DNA from: Octopus bimaculoides
Lineage: Eukaryota
Direction: 5' to 3'
Assembly: GCF_001194135.2 (NCBI RefSeq)
Contig: NC_068991.1
Location: 14,295,054 to 14,345,200 of the forward strand
Length of the DNA: 50,147 nucleotides
The notes below the pieces were generated by a model. It ran no database searches, had not been told where the DNA came from, and was given only the letters and a program-made list of their open reading frames with translations. This document shows, in pieces, positions 1-11,340 of this stretch. Each line of letters starts with the position of its first letter. Position 1 is the first letter of the stretch. The translations under genes were made by a program, and so were the position numbers.

Positions 1-221
1 GCCAGTACCGCCTGACTGGCCTTCGTGCGGGTGACACGTAAAAAGCACCCACTACACTCTCTGAGTGGTTGGTGTTAGGAAGGGCATCCAGCTGTAGAAA
101 CTCTGCCAAATCAGATTGGAGCCTGGTGTTGCCATCCGGTTTCACCAGTCCTCAGTCAAATTGTCCAACCCATGCTAGCATGGAAAGCGGACGTTAAATG
201 ATGATGATGATGATGATGATG
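1..221 (+). mobile_element. RTE-clade LINE 3' UTR/tail fragment (family D), cut by window edge
   Basis: Ends CCAACCCATGCTAGCATGGAAAGCGGACGTTAAA+(TGA)n; same sequence at 5420, 43640, 47161 and, with the ORF2 end attached, at 44789-45330. Confidence 0.75.
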
Positions 222-667
222 AATTGATACACTGAAGTATTACTTAATTTAAAATGGAAATGCAAAATACATTGAATGGAGCCACAATCTGGACATGGAG
301 AGCAATACCGAATGTATTTTGGATTTAATACATCCTTCTCAAAGTGTGTTTTGGGTAAACATTTGTATGATGAGGTTGCTACTATACTCTGTCTTTGAAT
401 GCAAGTGTTGATCTCTCTCATCAGGTAGTGAACCTGCTCTGTAAGCACTTTGACCCCTTCCCACTACAACATAACGAGCAAGGTCTAGATTGTAGGGAGA
501 GTTTGAGACAGTTTTGGTGCCCATACAAGAGGGAATCCTGTGCTTCCCAGCAGATTTGCTTTGCCTGGCCTTTTGTGCCAGTGAAAAACAAATGGTCTGC
601 TCATACATGTTAAGAGTTACCCACGGCCACCTACCAATATAGGTGACTAAAGTACAAGCTGAGTTAG

Positions 668-857
668 TGTTATGTCTCAAGCTACTGCTATTTAGCACCT
701 TCGGATGATCTTTACTCAACCGCTACACAACTGCTACTCAGCTACTACTCAACACTCCTACCACAGCCAGACTGAAACGAGTAAAAGAGTATATACTATT
801 GAGAGGAAGTTGTTAAATGGAGGGTTACTAGAAAGAGGGTTTCGCCTACCAGAAACA
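668..857 (-). mobile_element. Short solo LTR (190 bp)
   Basis: TGTTA...AAACA termini; flanks AGTTAG (662-667) and AGTTAT (858-863); 668-773 about 90% identical to 10770-10864 in inverted orientation. Confidence 0.6.
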
Positions 858-908
858 AGTTATTGGTGTGCTATGTTTGGCATGCATGCCAAGGGTTGTC
901 CACCCCTG
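858..908 (-). mobile_element. hAT (Charlie-like) terminal fragment
   Basis: Minus strand reads CAGGGGTGGACAACCCTTGGCATGCATGCCA; flanked by CCCTAGAG, a CTAG-centred 8-mer typical of Charlie targets; partner end not found. Confidence 0.4.
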
Positions 909-1167
909 CCCTAGAGTTATGGACAGGTGAGATAACTTGCTTGCCATCCCATTTTGAAGTGATGGACATTGATGTTTCCCCATTTTTGTGGCTTTTCAAC
1001 ATCATGCACCTACCTGAGCTGAAGGTAAGTCACATCTCACCTGTCCATGACTCCAAGGTGTTTTAACACTGGCAACATGAGAGCTATGTACTCTGCTATG
1101 CAATTCCAGCCACCAGAAGATGTTTGATAATATTTATTACACTAGAGCTGCATTTACTTCCTATATG

Positions 1168-1231
<64 letters not shown>

Positions 1232-2289
1232 TGTTTGTGTACATATATAAATATACACACATATATACATACACACACTCACACACACACACATATATAT
1301 ATATATNNNNNNNNNNNNNNNNNNNNNNNNNNNNNNNNNNNNNNNNNNNNNNNNNNNNNNNNNNNNNNNNNNNNNNNNNNNNNNNNNNNNNNNNNNNNNN
1401 NNNNNNNNNNNNNNNNNNNNNNNNNNNNNNNNNNNNNNNNNNNNNNNNNNNNNNNNNNNNNNNNNNNNNNNNNNNNNNNNNNNNNNNNNNNNNNNNNNNN
1501 NNNNNNNNNNNNNNNNNNNNNNNNNNNNNNNNNNNNNNNNNNNNNNNNNNNNNNNNNNNNNNNNNNNNNNNNNNNNNNNNNNNNNNNNNNNNNNNNNNNN
1601 NNNNNNNNNNNNNNNNNNNNNNNNNNNNNNNNNNNNNNNNNNNNNNNNNNNNNNNNNNNNNNNNNNNNNNNNNNNNNNNNNNNNNNNNNNNNNNNNNNNN
1701 NNNNNNNNNNNNNNNNNNNNNNNNNNNNNNNNNNNNNNNNNNNNNNNNNNNNNNNNNNNNNNNNNNNNTTTTTTTTTTTTTTTTTTTTTTTTTTTTGTTA
1801 TTTCTCTTGTGTGCTTGTGAGCAATTTGGTTTTCATTCTATCTTAAAAATAACATGGTATCAAATTAGACAGAAATAGGATTTTAAAGATTTCCATTTTT
1901 ACAATAGTTTATTTATTTCTTCATTTAGGTATTTTTGGTGAATATAAATGGCTCTATGGTTAAAGTGTTGTACTAAATCTAAAGCTTAAATTCTTGTGCT
2001 CAATTTCCAACTCAATGTGCAGAACTTTTCTGTTCTAAAAGTTGCTTATACTTCATTCTCAGTTCACAGTTCTGCTATTCTGTTTAAGAAATACCAATCC
2101 ACTTTGTTTAAGCAGTACTATAAATTTGTAGAAATATGGCATCCACATAATGTGGATTAATTGATATTAGATATATAGATTTTTTTGATTCTTTAAATGT
2201 TTCAAGTTGCTTAAATTTAATTCTAAGTTTAAAATTGGAAACTATATTTGTTGCCCTAAACATTCTAGATTTCTAAAACCATCCTGTCC

Positions 2290-2490
2290 TGGATAAACTA
2301 GTTCTAAAGCTGCAGATTGCTTGGAGACAGGTGAGGTTTGGTGACAGGAGGAGCATCCAATAGTAGAAAATCTGCAGTAACAAATTCCATCTGGCCAATT
2401 CAAGTATAAAAAAGTGGATGTTAAACGATGATGATGATGATGATGACGACGACAGTGATGACAACCTCGATGATGATGATGATGATGTAT
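2290..2490 (+). mobile_element. Degraded retroposon 3' end with RTE-type tail (family E)
   Basis: GGTGACAGGAGGAGCATCC...GTGGATGTTAAAC+(GAT)n; related copies at 9905-10175 (+) and 2985-3075 (-). Confidence 0.5.
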
Positions 2491-3218
2491 GTATGTGTGT
2501 GTCAAAGCGACCAGAAATCCAAAGAGGATTCTGTAAAAGGCAAATACAATTACACAGTGAATAGTTATCTTTTACAGATCTAAAATATTAACAAGGAAAC
2601 TCTGTTAATGCAGTTGAGCTTTTTTTTTTTTTTTTTTTTTCAAAATATTTCTTTGTGATTCCATGCTTTGACCAAATTTAATTCTTAACAGCAGCAATTT
2701 TCTGAATGAAAATATTCAAATAGTTTGTTTGAAAACATAATGTTTTTAGTTATTAAAATATTCAGTACAATTTCTTTTGCTAAAACGTTAAATCTATAAA
2801 ACTGAATTATTTGCCTCACAGCTAGAATCCTCTTTGATTCATGGTATCCTTGCTTTTTGGTATCCTTGATCAGGAATTCGATATTTGTTCAGTAGAGGAT
2901 TCTTTTGCCATAAGTAAGATGCAGAAATATTTCAGTTATGAATTCAATGATTTAAAACTGAAGAATCTTCATTGTCATCGCTGTTTTAATGCCCAATTTT
3001 CCATGCAAAATGTGGATTTGATAGAATTTGTTGAAACAGATTTTCTAGTCAGATGCCTCTGTTGCCAACTTTTATCTGTTTCCATATAACGTAATATTTC
3101 CCTATGACCAGATATGCTTTCAGAGAAGTTTGTTAAACAAAGGACATCACTAGCATTGTGGTGATACTTGTTTACAACTGTTACGTGATGTCAAGGAAAG
3201 GAGACAGTAACATGCACA

Positions 3219-3606
3219 CTGTTGTTGGCACTCCGTCGCTTACGACGTCGAGGGTTCCAGTTGATCCGATCAACGGAACAGCCTGCTTTTGAAATTAACG
3301 TGCAAGTGGCTGAGCACTCCACAGACATGTGTACCCTTAACGTAGATCTCGGGGATATTCAGCGTGACACAGTGTGACAAGGCTGACCCTTTGAATTACA
3401 GGCACAACAGAAACAGGAAGTAAGAGTGAGAGAAATTTGTGGTGAAAGAGTACAGCAGGGTTCACCACCATCCCCTGCCGGAGCCTCGTGGAGCTTTTTA
3501 GGTGTTTTCGCTCAATAAACACTCACAATGACCGGTCTGGGAATCGAAACCGCGATCCTATGACTGCGAGTCCTCTGTCCTAACCACTGGGCCATTGCGC
3601 CTCCAC
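3219..3606 (-). mobile_element. Full-length tRNA-Arg-like SINE (family A)
   Basis: A-box TGGCCCAGTGG, B-box GGTTTCGATTCC, (CAA)n tail; 10-bp TSD AACATGCACA at 3209-3218 and 3607-3616. Confidence 0.9.
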
Positions 3607-3639
3607 AACATGCACATACACATACAAATATAAGCAATG

Positions 3640-3797
3640 AGCTACTTTCAGTTTCCTTCTCTCAGATATACTAGCAAAGTTTGGGTTGGTTTGAGGGTCT
3701 AGTGAAGACACTCACCAAAGGTGCCATGCAGTAGAACTGAACCTGGAACTATGTGACTAGGAAACAAACTTTTTATCACACAGCTACATCCATGCCT
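3640..3797 (-). mobile_element. Degraded CORE-like SINE head (family B)
   Basis: Reverse complement resembles the B head (GGTTCAG..ACTGCATGGCACCTTTGG..AGTGTCTTC) at 18343 and 42800. Confidence 0.55.
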
Positions 3798-4519
3798 AAA
3801 TCTAGCTGAAAATTCTTATTTGAAACTGTGGCCTGCAAAGTATCAAATTAATTCCAAATGTTGGAATCACAAAGAAATATTCTCAAATAACTTAACTGCA
3901 TTTACAGATTTTAAAATATTAAGTTTCTGATGTGCTTCTGAATTAGTAAAAATGAAGTTTCTCAGCTAAAAAATTAAAGTTGTAAAATATAACTAAATAT
4001 GTATGTATGATTATATATATGTATGTAGGCTTATATGAGTACATGTGTGCACATGCATACGAATATGTATATGTATGTGAAGGAAAAATTGGATTAAAGA
4101 ATCCAGGTGAATAAGCACTCAGTGGGTATGAAATCTGGCTAACTAAATTCTTCACTGACTTCTGCAATAACCCACATAGGGTGTAAACTCACTTTCTGAC
4201 ACCAGTTCAATTCGTAAATCAGAAGTTCAAACACTAAATGAATTTAATTTAAATTCAAAGCATAGCTGTAAACATTGATAGAAAAACAACAAATGAATAG
4301 GGATTAATTCATGATTTATTGATTCCATAAATTTTAAACAGAATAGCATATCTCAAAATGCTGTAATGCATTTCAAAATACTGTAAAGAGAAATTCACCT
4401 TCATCCTATTCTTAGCAGAGCTATATCACGACTCATAAATATATACATGTAAATGTACATGTGTATAGTTTATATATAGATGTATATGCATGTAGAGATA
4501 ATACATACATATATATATA

Positions 4520-4620
4520 TATATGTCTATATAAAGGAGACCACTAGATGGACTGTTAATGTGCTAGAAGAAGATCACATGCAATGTGTCTACTAGTGGT
4601 CTCCTTTATATAGACATATA
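4520..4620. repeat. Perfect 28-bp inverted repeat with 45-nt spacer
   Basis: TATATGTCTATATAAAGGAGACCACTAG (4520-4547) and exact reverse complement (4593-4620). Confidence 0.9.
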
Positions 4621-4814
4621 CAATAATCTTTTGAGATCTCAGATATTTTTTCTGAATCTTCTTGATTCTTTTAATGTGCTTGTTCCCTGGTATTAAATTG
4701 ATATTAATTAATATCCAGTTTTTTACCCTGTGTGTTATGATTAAATGATAGTAAGGAGACTGTTATGTAATACAGATGATATAATGAGCATAAGTATATC
4801 ATTGTTTTGATCCT

Positions 4815-5013
4815 TATCTTGGCTTTGGGAAAAAGAAAATACAGGAGGATCAGTTAATTAGGATTTTATTCAACATATTCCCCTCTCAAATTCACATACT
4901 TATTACAACAGTCCTACACTATTTCTAAGCCCTGTAAAAGAACTCAGAAGTTTGGGCCTCCAGCCAGGGCATTTCATAATACCCTTAAAGCCAGGAACTT
5001 TTCAGGACCCTTT

Positions 5014-5016
<3 letters not shown>
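4815..5016 (-). mobile_element. Mariner-derived MITE
   Basis: Terminus AAGCCAGGAACTTTTCAGGACCCTTTCGT; inverted homologue of 37205-37409. Confidence 0.7.
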
Positions 5017-5044
<28 letters not shown>

Positions 5045-5419
5045 TAGAAAAAATAATAATCAGGTACTCAGATGTCTGGATGGTTGTAAATTTACAGATT
5101 TTTATTCATTACCTCCAAACCTTCCNNNNNNNNNNNNNNNNNNNNNNNNNNNNNNNNNNNNNNNNNNNNNNNNNNNNNNNNNNNNNNNNNNNNNNNNNNN
5201 NNNNNNNNNNNNNNNNNNNNNNNNNNNNNNNNNNNNNNNNNNNNNNNNNNNNNNNNNNNNNNNNNNNNNNNNNNNNNNNNNNNNNNNNNNNNNNNNNNNN
5301 NNNNNNNNNNNNNNNNNNNNNNNNNNNNNNNNNNNNNNNNNNNNNNNNNNNNNNNNNNNNNNNNNNNNNNNNNNNNNNNNNNNNNNNNNNNNNNNNNNNN
5401 NNNNNNNNNNNNNNNNNNN

Positions 5420-5531
5420 ACTTTGCCAAATCAGATTGGAGGCTGGTGTTGCCATCCGGTTTCACCAGTCCTCAGTCAAATCGTCCAACCCATGCTAGCA
5501 TGGAAAGCGGACGTTAAACGATGATGATGAT
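5420..5531 (+). mobile_element. RTE LINE 3' tail (family D) after gap
   Basis: Nearly identical to 101-205; (GAT)n tail. Confidence 0.75.
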
Positions 5532-6744
5532 ATATATATGAATGTATGTGTATGTTCATATGTGTGTGTGCATGTATATGTGTGTATGTGTGAGTGTGTG
5601 TGTATGTGTGTATGAGTGTGTGTGCATGTATGTATGTGTGTGTATGTAAATGTCTGTGTATGTATAGATATTGAAAACATGTAAAGCAATTTTTTGAAGG
5701 CTGGCAACAGATTATGGTGTAGCCTGTGTTGTGTTTCTTGTCTTATGTGTGCGTGAACACACACACATACACGCATGCATACACACACACACACACACAC
5801 ACACGCACAGCTATATGTACAGATGTATATAATGGGCATTTCTGAAGGCGAGTGACGGACTGCAGTGAATTATTGAGTAGTAATGTTTACACAGATCAGA
5901 CACACCCAGTCAAGACTGGAATGGCACAGAGCAATTGTTGTAATCACAGACGTTTTGAATTCATAGCAGTGGAATTAGATAAAGTATTTACACAGTGCCA
6001 AATTGTTTGACTTTGCTTACAATTGAATTTGATCTCAATAAATACATATACATGTATAAGTGTATGTTTGTGTCTATCTATCTATTTATGATATATATAT
6101 ATATATACTTATAAATATTCTTTTATTTTTTTGTCAATTAAATTGCACCNNNNNNNNNNNNNNNNNNNNNNNNNNNNNNNNNNNNNNNNNNNNNNNNNNN
6201 NNNNNNNNNNNNNNNNNNNNNNNNNNNNNNNNNNNNNNNNNNNNNNNNNNNNNNNNNNNNNNNNNNNNNNNNNNNNNNNNNNNNNNNNNNNNNNNNNNNN
6301 NNNNNNNNNNNNNNNNNNNNNNNNNNNNNNNNNNNNNNNNNNNNNNNNNNNNNNNNNNNNNNNNNNNNNNNNNNNNNNNNNNNNNNNNNNNNNNNNNNNN
6401 NNNNNNNNNNNNNNNNNNNNNNNNNNNNNNNNNNNNNNNNNNNNNNNNNNNNNNNNNNNNNNNNNNNNNNNNNNNNNNNNNNNNNNNNNNNNNNNNNNNN
6501 NNNNNNNNNNNNNNNNNNNNNNNNNNNNNNNNNNNNNNNNNNNNNNNNNNNNNNNNNNNNNNNNNNNNNNNNNNNNNNNNNNNNNNNNNNNNNNNNNNNN
6601 NNNNNNNNNNNNNNNNNNNNNNNNNNNNNNNNNNNNNNNNNNNNNNNNNNNNNNNNNNNNNTATATATATATATATATATACCATATATATATATATATA
6701 CTTATAAATATTCTTTTATTTTTTTGTCAATTAAATTGCACCCA

Positions 6745-6890
6745 TGCTGGAGCAGCACCACCTTGAAGTATTTCTTTTTAGTTGAACAAATTGACCCCTG
6801 GACTTATTTTTAAGCTCGGTACTTATTCCATCAGTCTTGTTTGCTGAACTGTTAAGTTATGGGGACATAAACACACCAATGCCGGTGATT
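6745..6890 (-). mobile_element. Degraded 3' half of SINE B
   Basis: CCATGCTGGAGCAGCACC..GACCCCTGGACTTATT..GTACTTATTC matches reverse complement of 42960-43085. Confidence 0.55.
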
Positions 6891-7469
6891 TCTAATAAGG
6901 ATTCATCATATTCGGGAAAATCAGCCGAAACAGGTAATAAGACAATGAAAATAATATTTGAGGAGATTCGTTATAGGTATAAGAATATACCGTAAACAAG
7001 TATAAAAAAATGAAGAAAAGATGTTGGAACAGAAATAGAATAAATCTATTTTTCGAGGAGGAGGGTGAGCAGGGGAGGAGGAGGGCCAGGGGAGAAGATG
7101 AGAAAGGAGGAGTAGAAAGAGAGGAAGGGAAGGAGGGGAAGAAGGAGGTAAAGAAGGAGGGGAAGGAAGAGGAGGAGGAGGAGGAGGGAAAGGAAAAGGA
7201 AGAGAAGAAGAAGAAAGAAGAGGAACAGCACCAACAGCCAAAAACAAACACGTTGACATGAGTTTGTTGACGTTAAGCTGAAATGTAAAAAATCTTATGC
7301 AGAAACTACCGAGACAAAGAGAACGTGAAACAAGAGATTTATTTAATTACATGACCTCCCGCAGATGTCTTGGATGAACAGTGATTACATTTGTAATCTT
7401 ATAACACAATGAACAACACATAGAGTAATCAGCAGGTAGAGGTAAGATAGGTGCATAGGTAAAGGAACA

Positions 7470-7760
7470 CTGATCATGAATTCAGTTCCGACTGTAGGTA
7501 GGTATGGTATTTATCATTAAGTTTTGCTGGGACAAAATGTTATATTTTTACTTTGTCCACCAGGCTGTCAGTTGAACTGAAATTTTGTGAGTTGTGAGTT
7601 CAGTTTTAGATGTAAGTAGATATATAGCTCAATTTCTCTGGGATAGAATATCATGTTTTTACATTGTGCTTGTTCATATGGCTGTTAGTTGAAATAGAAT
7701 CATGTAGGTTGTGAGTTCAGCTCTACTTGTAGGTAGATATATATCGCTGAATTTTTAAAG
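7470..7760. repeat. Degenerate tandem repeat, about 118-bp unit, about 2.4 copies
   Basis: GA(A/G)TTCAG anchors at 7478, 7596, 7713; GGCTGT(C/T)AGTTGAA at 7563 and 7680. Confidence 0.7.
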
Positions 7761-7767
7761 GACAGAT

Positions 7768-7950
7768 GTCAGTGCTGCGTTGATTGGCTCCTGTGCCGGT
7801 GGCACGTAAAAGCACCATCCAAATGTGGTCAATGCCATCCCCCTCTGGCTCCCGTGCTGGTGGCACATAAAAGCACCATAAAATAATGGTTGATGCCATC
7901 CCCTTCTGGCGTCTGTGCCAGTGGCACTTAATAAGCACCCACTACACTCT
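7768..7950 (+). mobile_element. RTE 3' UTR fragment (family D), internal repeat block only
   Basis: Three GTGC(C/T)(A/G)GTGGCAC..AAGCACC units ending CACCCACTACACTCT. Confidence 0.7.
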
Positions 7951-8162
7951 CAATTAAAATCAATTTATTAAAAATTAAAATTAAATTAAGTTTCACAATA
8001 TAAAATATATATAAATATACAGTTTTAGGGAAAAGAACCAAGGTTCATGAACTCAGCGATGAAAATCCACTGTCACATATAGAAAAATTAATAAGTAAAA
8101 GCACAGTAAATAAGTATAATATAATACAAAGTAAATATCATAAGATCAAGATATATATCAAG

Positions 8163-8209
<47 letters not shown>

Positions 8210-8840
8210 CATTAAGTATAGCATATTAATGGCTATTTTAAAGTAATACTGCCTCAAATGTTCATACAGGACTTGAATAGTTAATAAATATTTCTGCAGA
8301 CCACCTGGCTCTGGGTGGAAATGAGATACCAGATCAATGCTATATTGTTACCTGTAACAGACTGGATATTGTTGCTACTGTTGTTATTGTTGTTGTAATT
8401 TAACCTCAGAACGACTCTAATCCAGCAAGACTTATTATCATAGTCATTCTAGATGTGACCAGTCCATCGTTTTTTGTGGGATATGTATTAAGGACTGTGT
8501 TATATAATTCATTTTACCTCATTTGACTGAAAGGAGGTTTTGTTGTTATCTGTGACAGGTAAAAAACGAAAGCTTTTTCCTTGTCTCATACAGGTGATGC
8601 TCTGATGTCCAATCTTGATGGAGGTTTATCTCTCAATTTCACTATTGTGCATAAGACCATGTAGTTATCTTTTATCTTTTATCTCATGCTTGTTTCAGTC
8701 ATTAGACTGCAGCCATGCTGGAATACAACCTTGAAGAACTTTAGAAAATGAATCAACCTCGGTATTTCCTTCTTTCTTTCTTGTTTAAGCTTGGTACGTA
8801 TTCTATCAATCTCTTTTGGTAGCTGTTGGTAGTTCATTGT

Positions 8841-9178
8841 TGAGAGCTGAGACCTCCCTTCGGTCATGACTGACCATGGGATTGCACCTAGAAAGTTACC
8901 CTCCCAGGCACAAGTCTGGGCAAGGTTGTTTATGGAAGACCAGCAGTCGCCCATACATAACAGCCTCCCTTCTCCACACCACCAGTGTTATCCAAGGGAG
9001 AGCCAAAGGCTGATACAGCTTGGCACCTGTGACGTCGCAACTCATTTCTACAGCTGAATGAACTGGAGCAATGTGAAATAAAGTGTCTTGCTCAAGAACA
9101 CAACACAGATCCAGGTCCGGGATTCGAACTCACAACCTCGCAATCGTAAGCTCTAACCACTGAGCCATGCGCCTTCAC
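8841..9178 (-). mobile_element. Full-length tRNA-derived CORE-like SINE (family C)
   Basis: A-box TGGCTCAGTGG, B-box GTTCGAATCCC, GTTCTTGAGCAAGACACTT core; 11-bp TSD TAGTTCATTGT at 8830-8840 and 9179-9189. Confidence 0.85.
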
Positions 9179-9329
9179 TAGTTCATTGTATTGATGCAAT
9201 ATTTAGGAAGGGTTCCTTGTATTACACCGTTGACTTAACCTGGTGAAGATTCATTCTCTCATCTTCTCTCTTGTGTCTCAGTCTGCCTAGCAGCTGATAG
9301 GTTACCAAAATGATTTTGTGAGATCACCT

Positions 9330-9735
9330 GATATAATTGTTGTCTTATCCTAGCAAATATTTATCTTTCATCCTCTCTATAGTATTTTTGTGGCAGAACA
9401 CTATATTCTGCATTACCTCAGCTGCCCTGGCCATCAGAAAAACACTAAATCTTTCTGGTAGTGTTGTCTAATGTTGTCCCATCCAAGAGGTTGTTTATAT
9501 CTCATTAGCATTGTGTTTCCATTAGAAAACTAGTCTAAATTATATCAATTCCCCAGGTAAGAATAATATGCCTAATCAATTCAATTATGTTACCTGCAAC
9601 ATGCTGCTATCCTTTACAAAGTATTGTTTATATCTCATTCATGTTGTGGAGTGTCTGGTCAGAACACTATATTCTACATTACCCTTTATTTCACTAATTG
9701 TAAGTAAGAATAGCATACCAGATTAATACAGTATT
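9330..9735. repeat. Degenerate tandem repeat, about 133-bp unit, 3 copies (4th at 10195-10335)
   Basis: TTGTTTATATCTCAT at 9491, 9624, 10215; AGAACACTATATTCT at 9395 and 9661. Confidence 0.75.
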
Positions 9736-10624
9736 TGGGACCATATGGTCTCATGTTCACTCTCACAGCGGGGACATAAATGCATGTGTTTATGCATGCA
9801 TGTATATATGTATATATGTACATATGTATGTATGTATATATACATGTTTATATGTATGCATGTATGAGTTGTTTATATGTGTCTGTATGTATGTGACACT
9901 AATTGTATATCCCCTTTTTCTTGACATGTGTATGCTGACTATAAATAAAGAGTCATCATTCATATAAATACTGTCATTTGTCTATAGTCCCCTGTAAAAG
10001 CATGTCCAGATAATTTGTGATTTAATAGATTGGTGGAAATATTACCTCGTTTGGAACCAAGTGAGAGTTGGCAACAAGAAGAGCATCTGGTTGTACAAAA
10101 TTCTACTTCAACAAAATATTGTCTGACCCATGCAGGCATGGAAAACTAAAGGTTAACACAATAATGATGATGGTGGCTATGTTAATGGTGATAAACTGTT
10201 GTCCTGTCGAAGGGTTGTTTATATCTCATCCATTCTGTAATTCTTGCCAGAACACTGTTCTATATTACACCAGTTCTCACAGCTATTGTAAGGAATAACA
10301 TAACAGATCAATACAGTAATGTTACACATGATAGATAAGTGTATTTTCTAGAGAGAGATTTATCATGCATTTGCTTCTTGTCAAGAAAAGGAACTAATCT
10401 CTGATCCTTAGAATTCACTCTCCCTTGGATTGGATTGGATTGGATTGTATTACCCATGTTTAGTCCACCACAGAACGAGGGCCTCAGCATGTTCTCTCCA
10501 CTGAGTATGGTTGGATGTGGAGGTCATGAATCTGAGCTTGAGATCATGCTGGTTTGATGAGGCTGCTCTGTCACACTGGTTTGACATGGCTTGGCAGAGG
10601 GATGTGATTTTTATACTCATACCC

Positions 10625-10952
10625 AGGGGGAGTTAAGTCAATTGCATCACCCCCAGTACTAAGCTGGTACTTATTCTATTTTATCAACACCAAAAGGATG
10701 AAAGGCAAAGTTGTTGTGTCGACGCCCCCAGGCAAAGAAGTAGGATCTCCCAAATATATAAATAGAGGTAGTCTGGCCATGGTAGGAGTGTTGAGTAGCA
10801 GTTGTGTAGCGGTTGAGTGGAGATCATCCAAAGGTGCTAGATAGCATTAGCTTAAGACGTAACAAAAGTCAACCTCAGTAGGATTTTAAATCAGTAAGGA
10901 AGGATGAAATACCACAAAGCATTTCAACTGAGGAGCTAACAGTTCTGCCCTT
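10625..10952 (-). mobile_element. Degraded SINE F interrupted by a solo LTR
   Basis: AAGGATGAAAGGCAAAGT / AAAGTCAACCTCAGTAGGATTTTAAATCAG halves match family F on either side of 10712-10864. Confidence 0.65.
10712..10864 (+). mobile_element. Short solo LTR (153 bp)
   Basis: TGTTG...TAACA termini, exact 5-bp TSD AAAGT (10707-10711, 10865-10869), TATATAAATA box, splits a SINE. Confidence 0.75.
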
Positions 10953-11302
10953 AATTTAAAGAAAAGTTTATGAATGATATTTTTAAAAGTCTTGTTTTTA
11001 TGAGTTAAAGAAAACGGAAAGGAAGTATCCATGTCTTTTGCAGCCCCCTCCTTTTGGCGGCTGACATTTATTGAAGTAGTTGGATGGGAAAGGGTGTGGC
11101 AAAAAGAGAACGGCAAAGAAAAAGGAAGAGGAACTACCATAGAGAGAATGAGAGAGAGAGAGAGAGAGAGGAGAGTGAGAGAAAGTGAGAGCAAAAGAGG
11201 GGTAGAACTGTGAGAGCAAAAGAGGGGTAGAACTATAAGAGAGAGTGATAAATGCAAAGAGTAGAAGAGAGAGAAAGCAAGAAAGCATGGGAAGATGCAC
11301 AG

Positions 11303-11340
<38 letters not shown>

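Noticed and set aside
1096-1878. Long ORFs spanning N-gaps and (TA)/(CA)/(TG) tracts, here and at 11766-12992, 16733-17518, 29459-30451, 46298-46920
   Set aside because: Open only because of N runs or dinucleotide repeats; no coding signal.
6086-6745. Identical 60-bp sequence on both sides of the gap 6150-6661
   Set aside because: Most simply an unmerged contig overlap, not a biological duplication.
6892-7261. Lys/Glu-rich ORF
   Set aside because: Purine-rich low-complexity tract, open in several frames, no convincing splice context.
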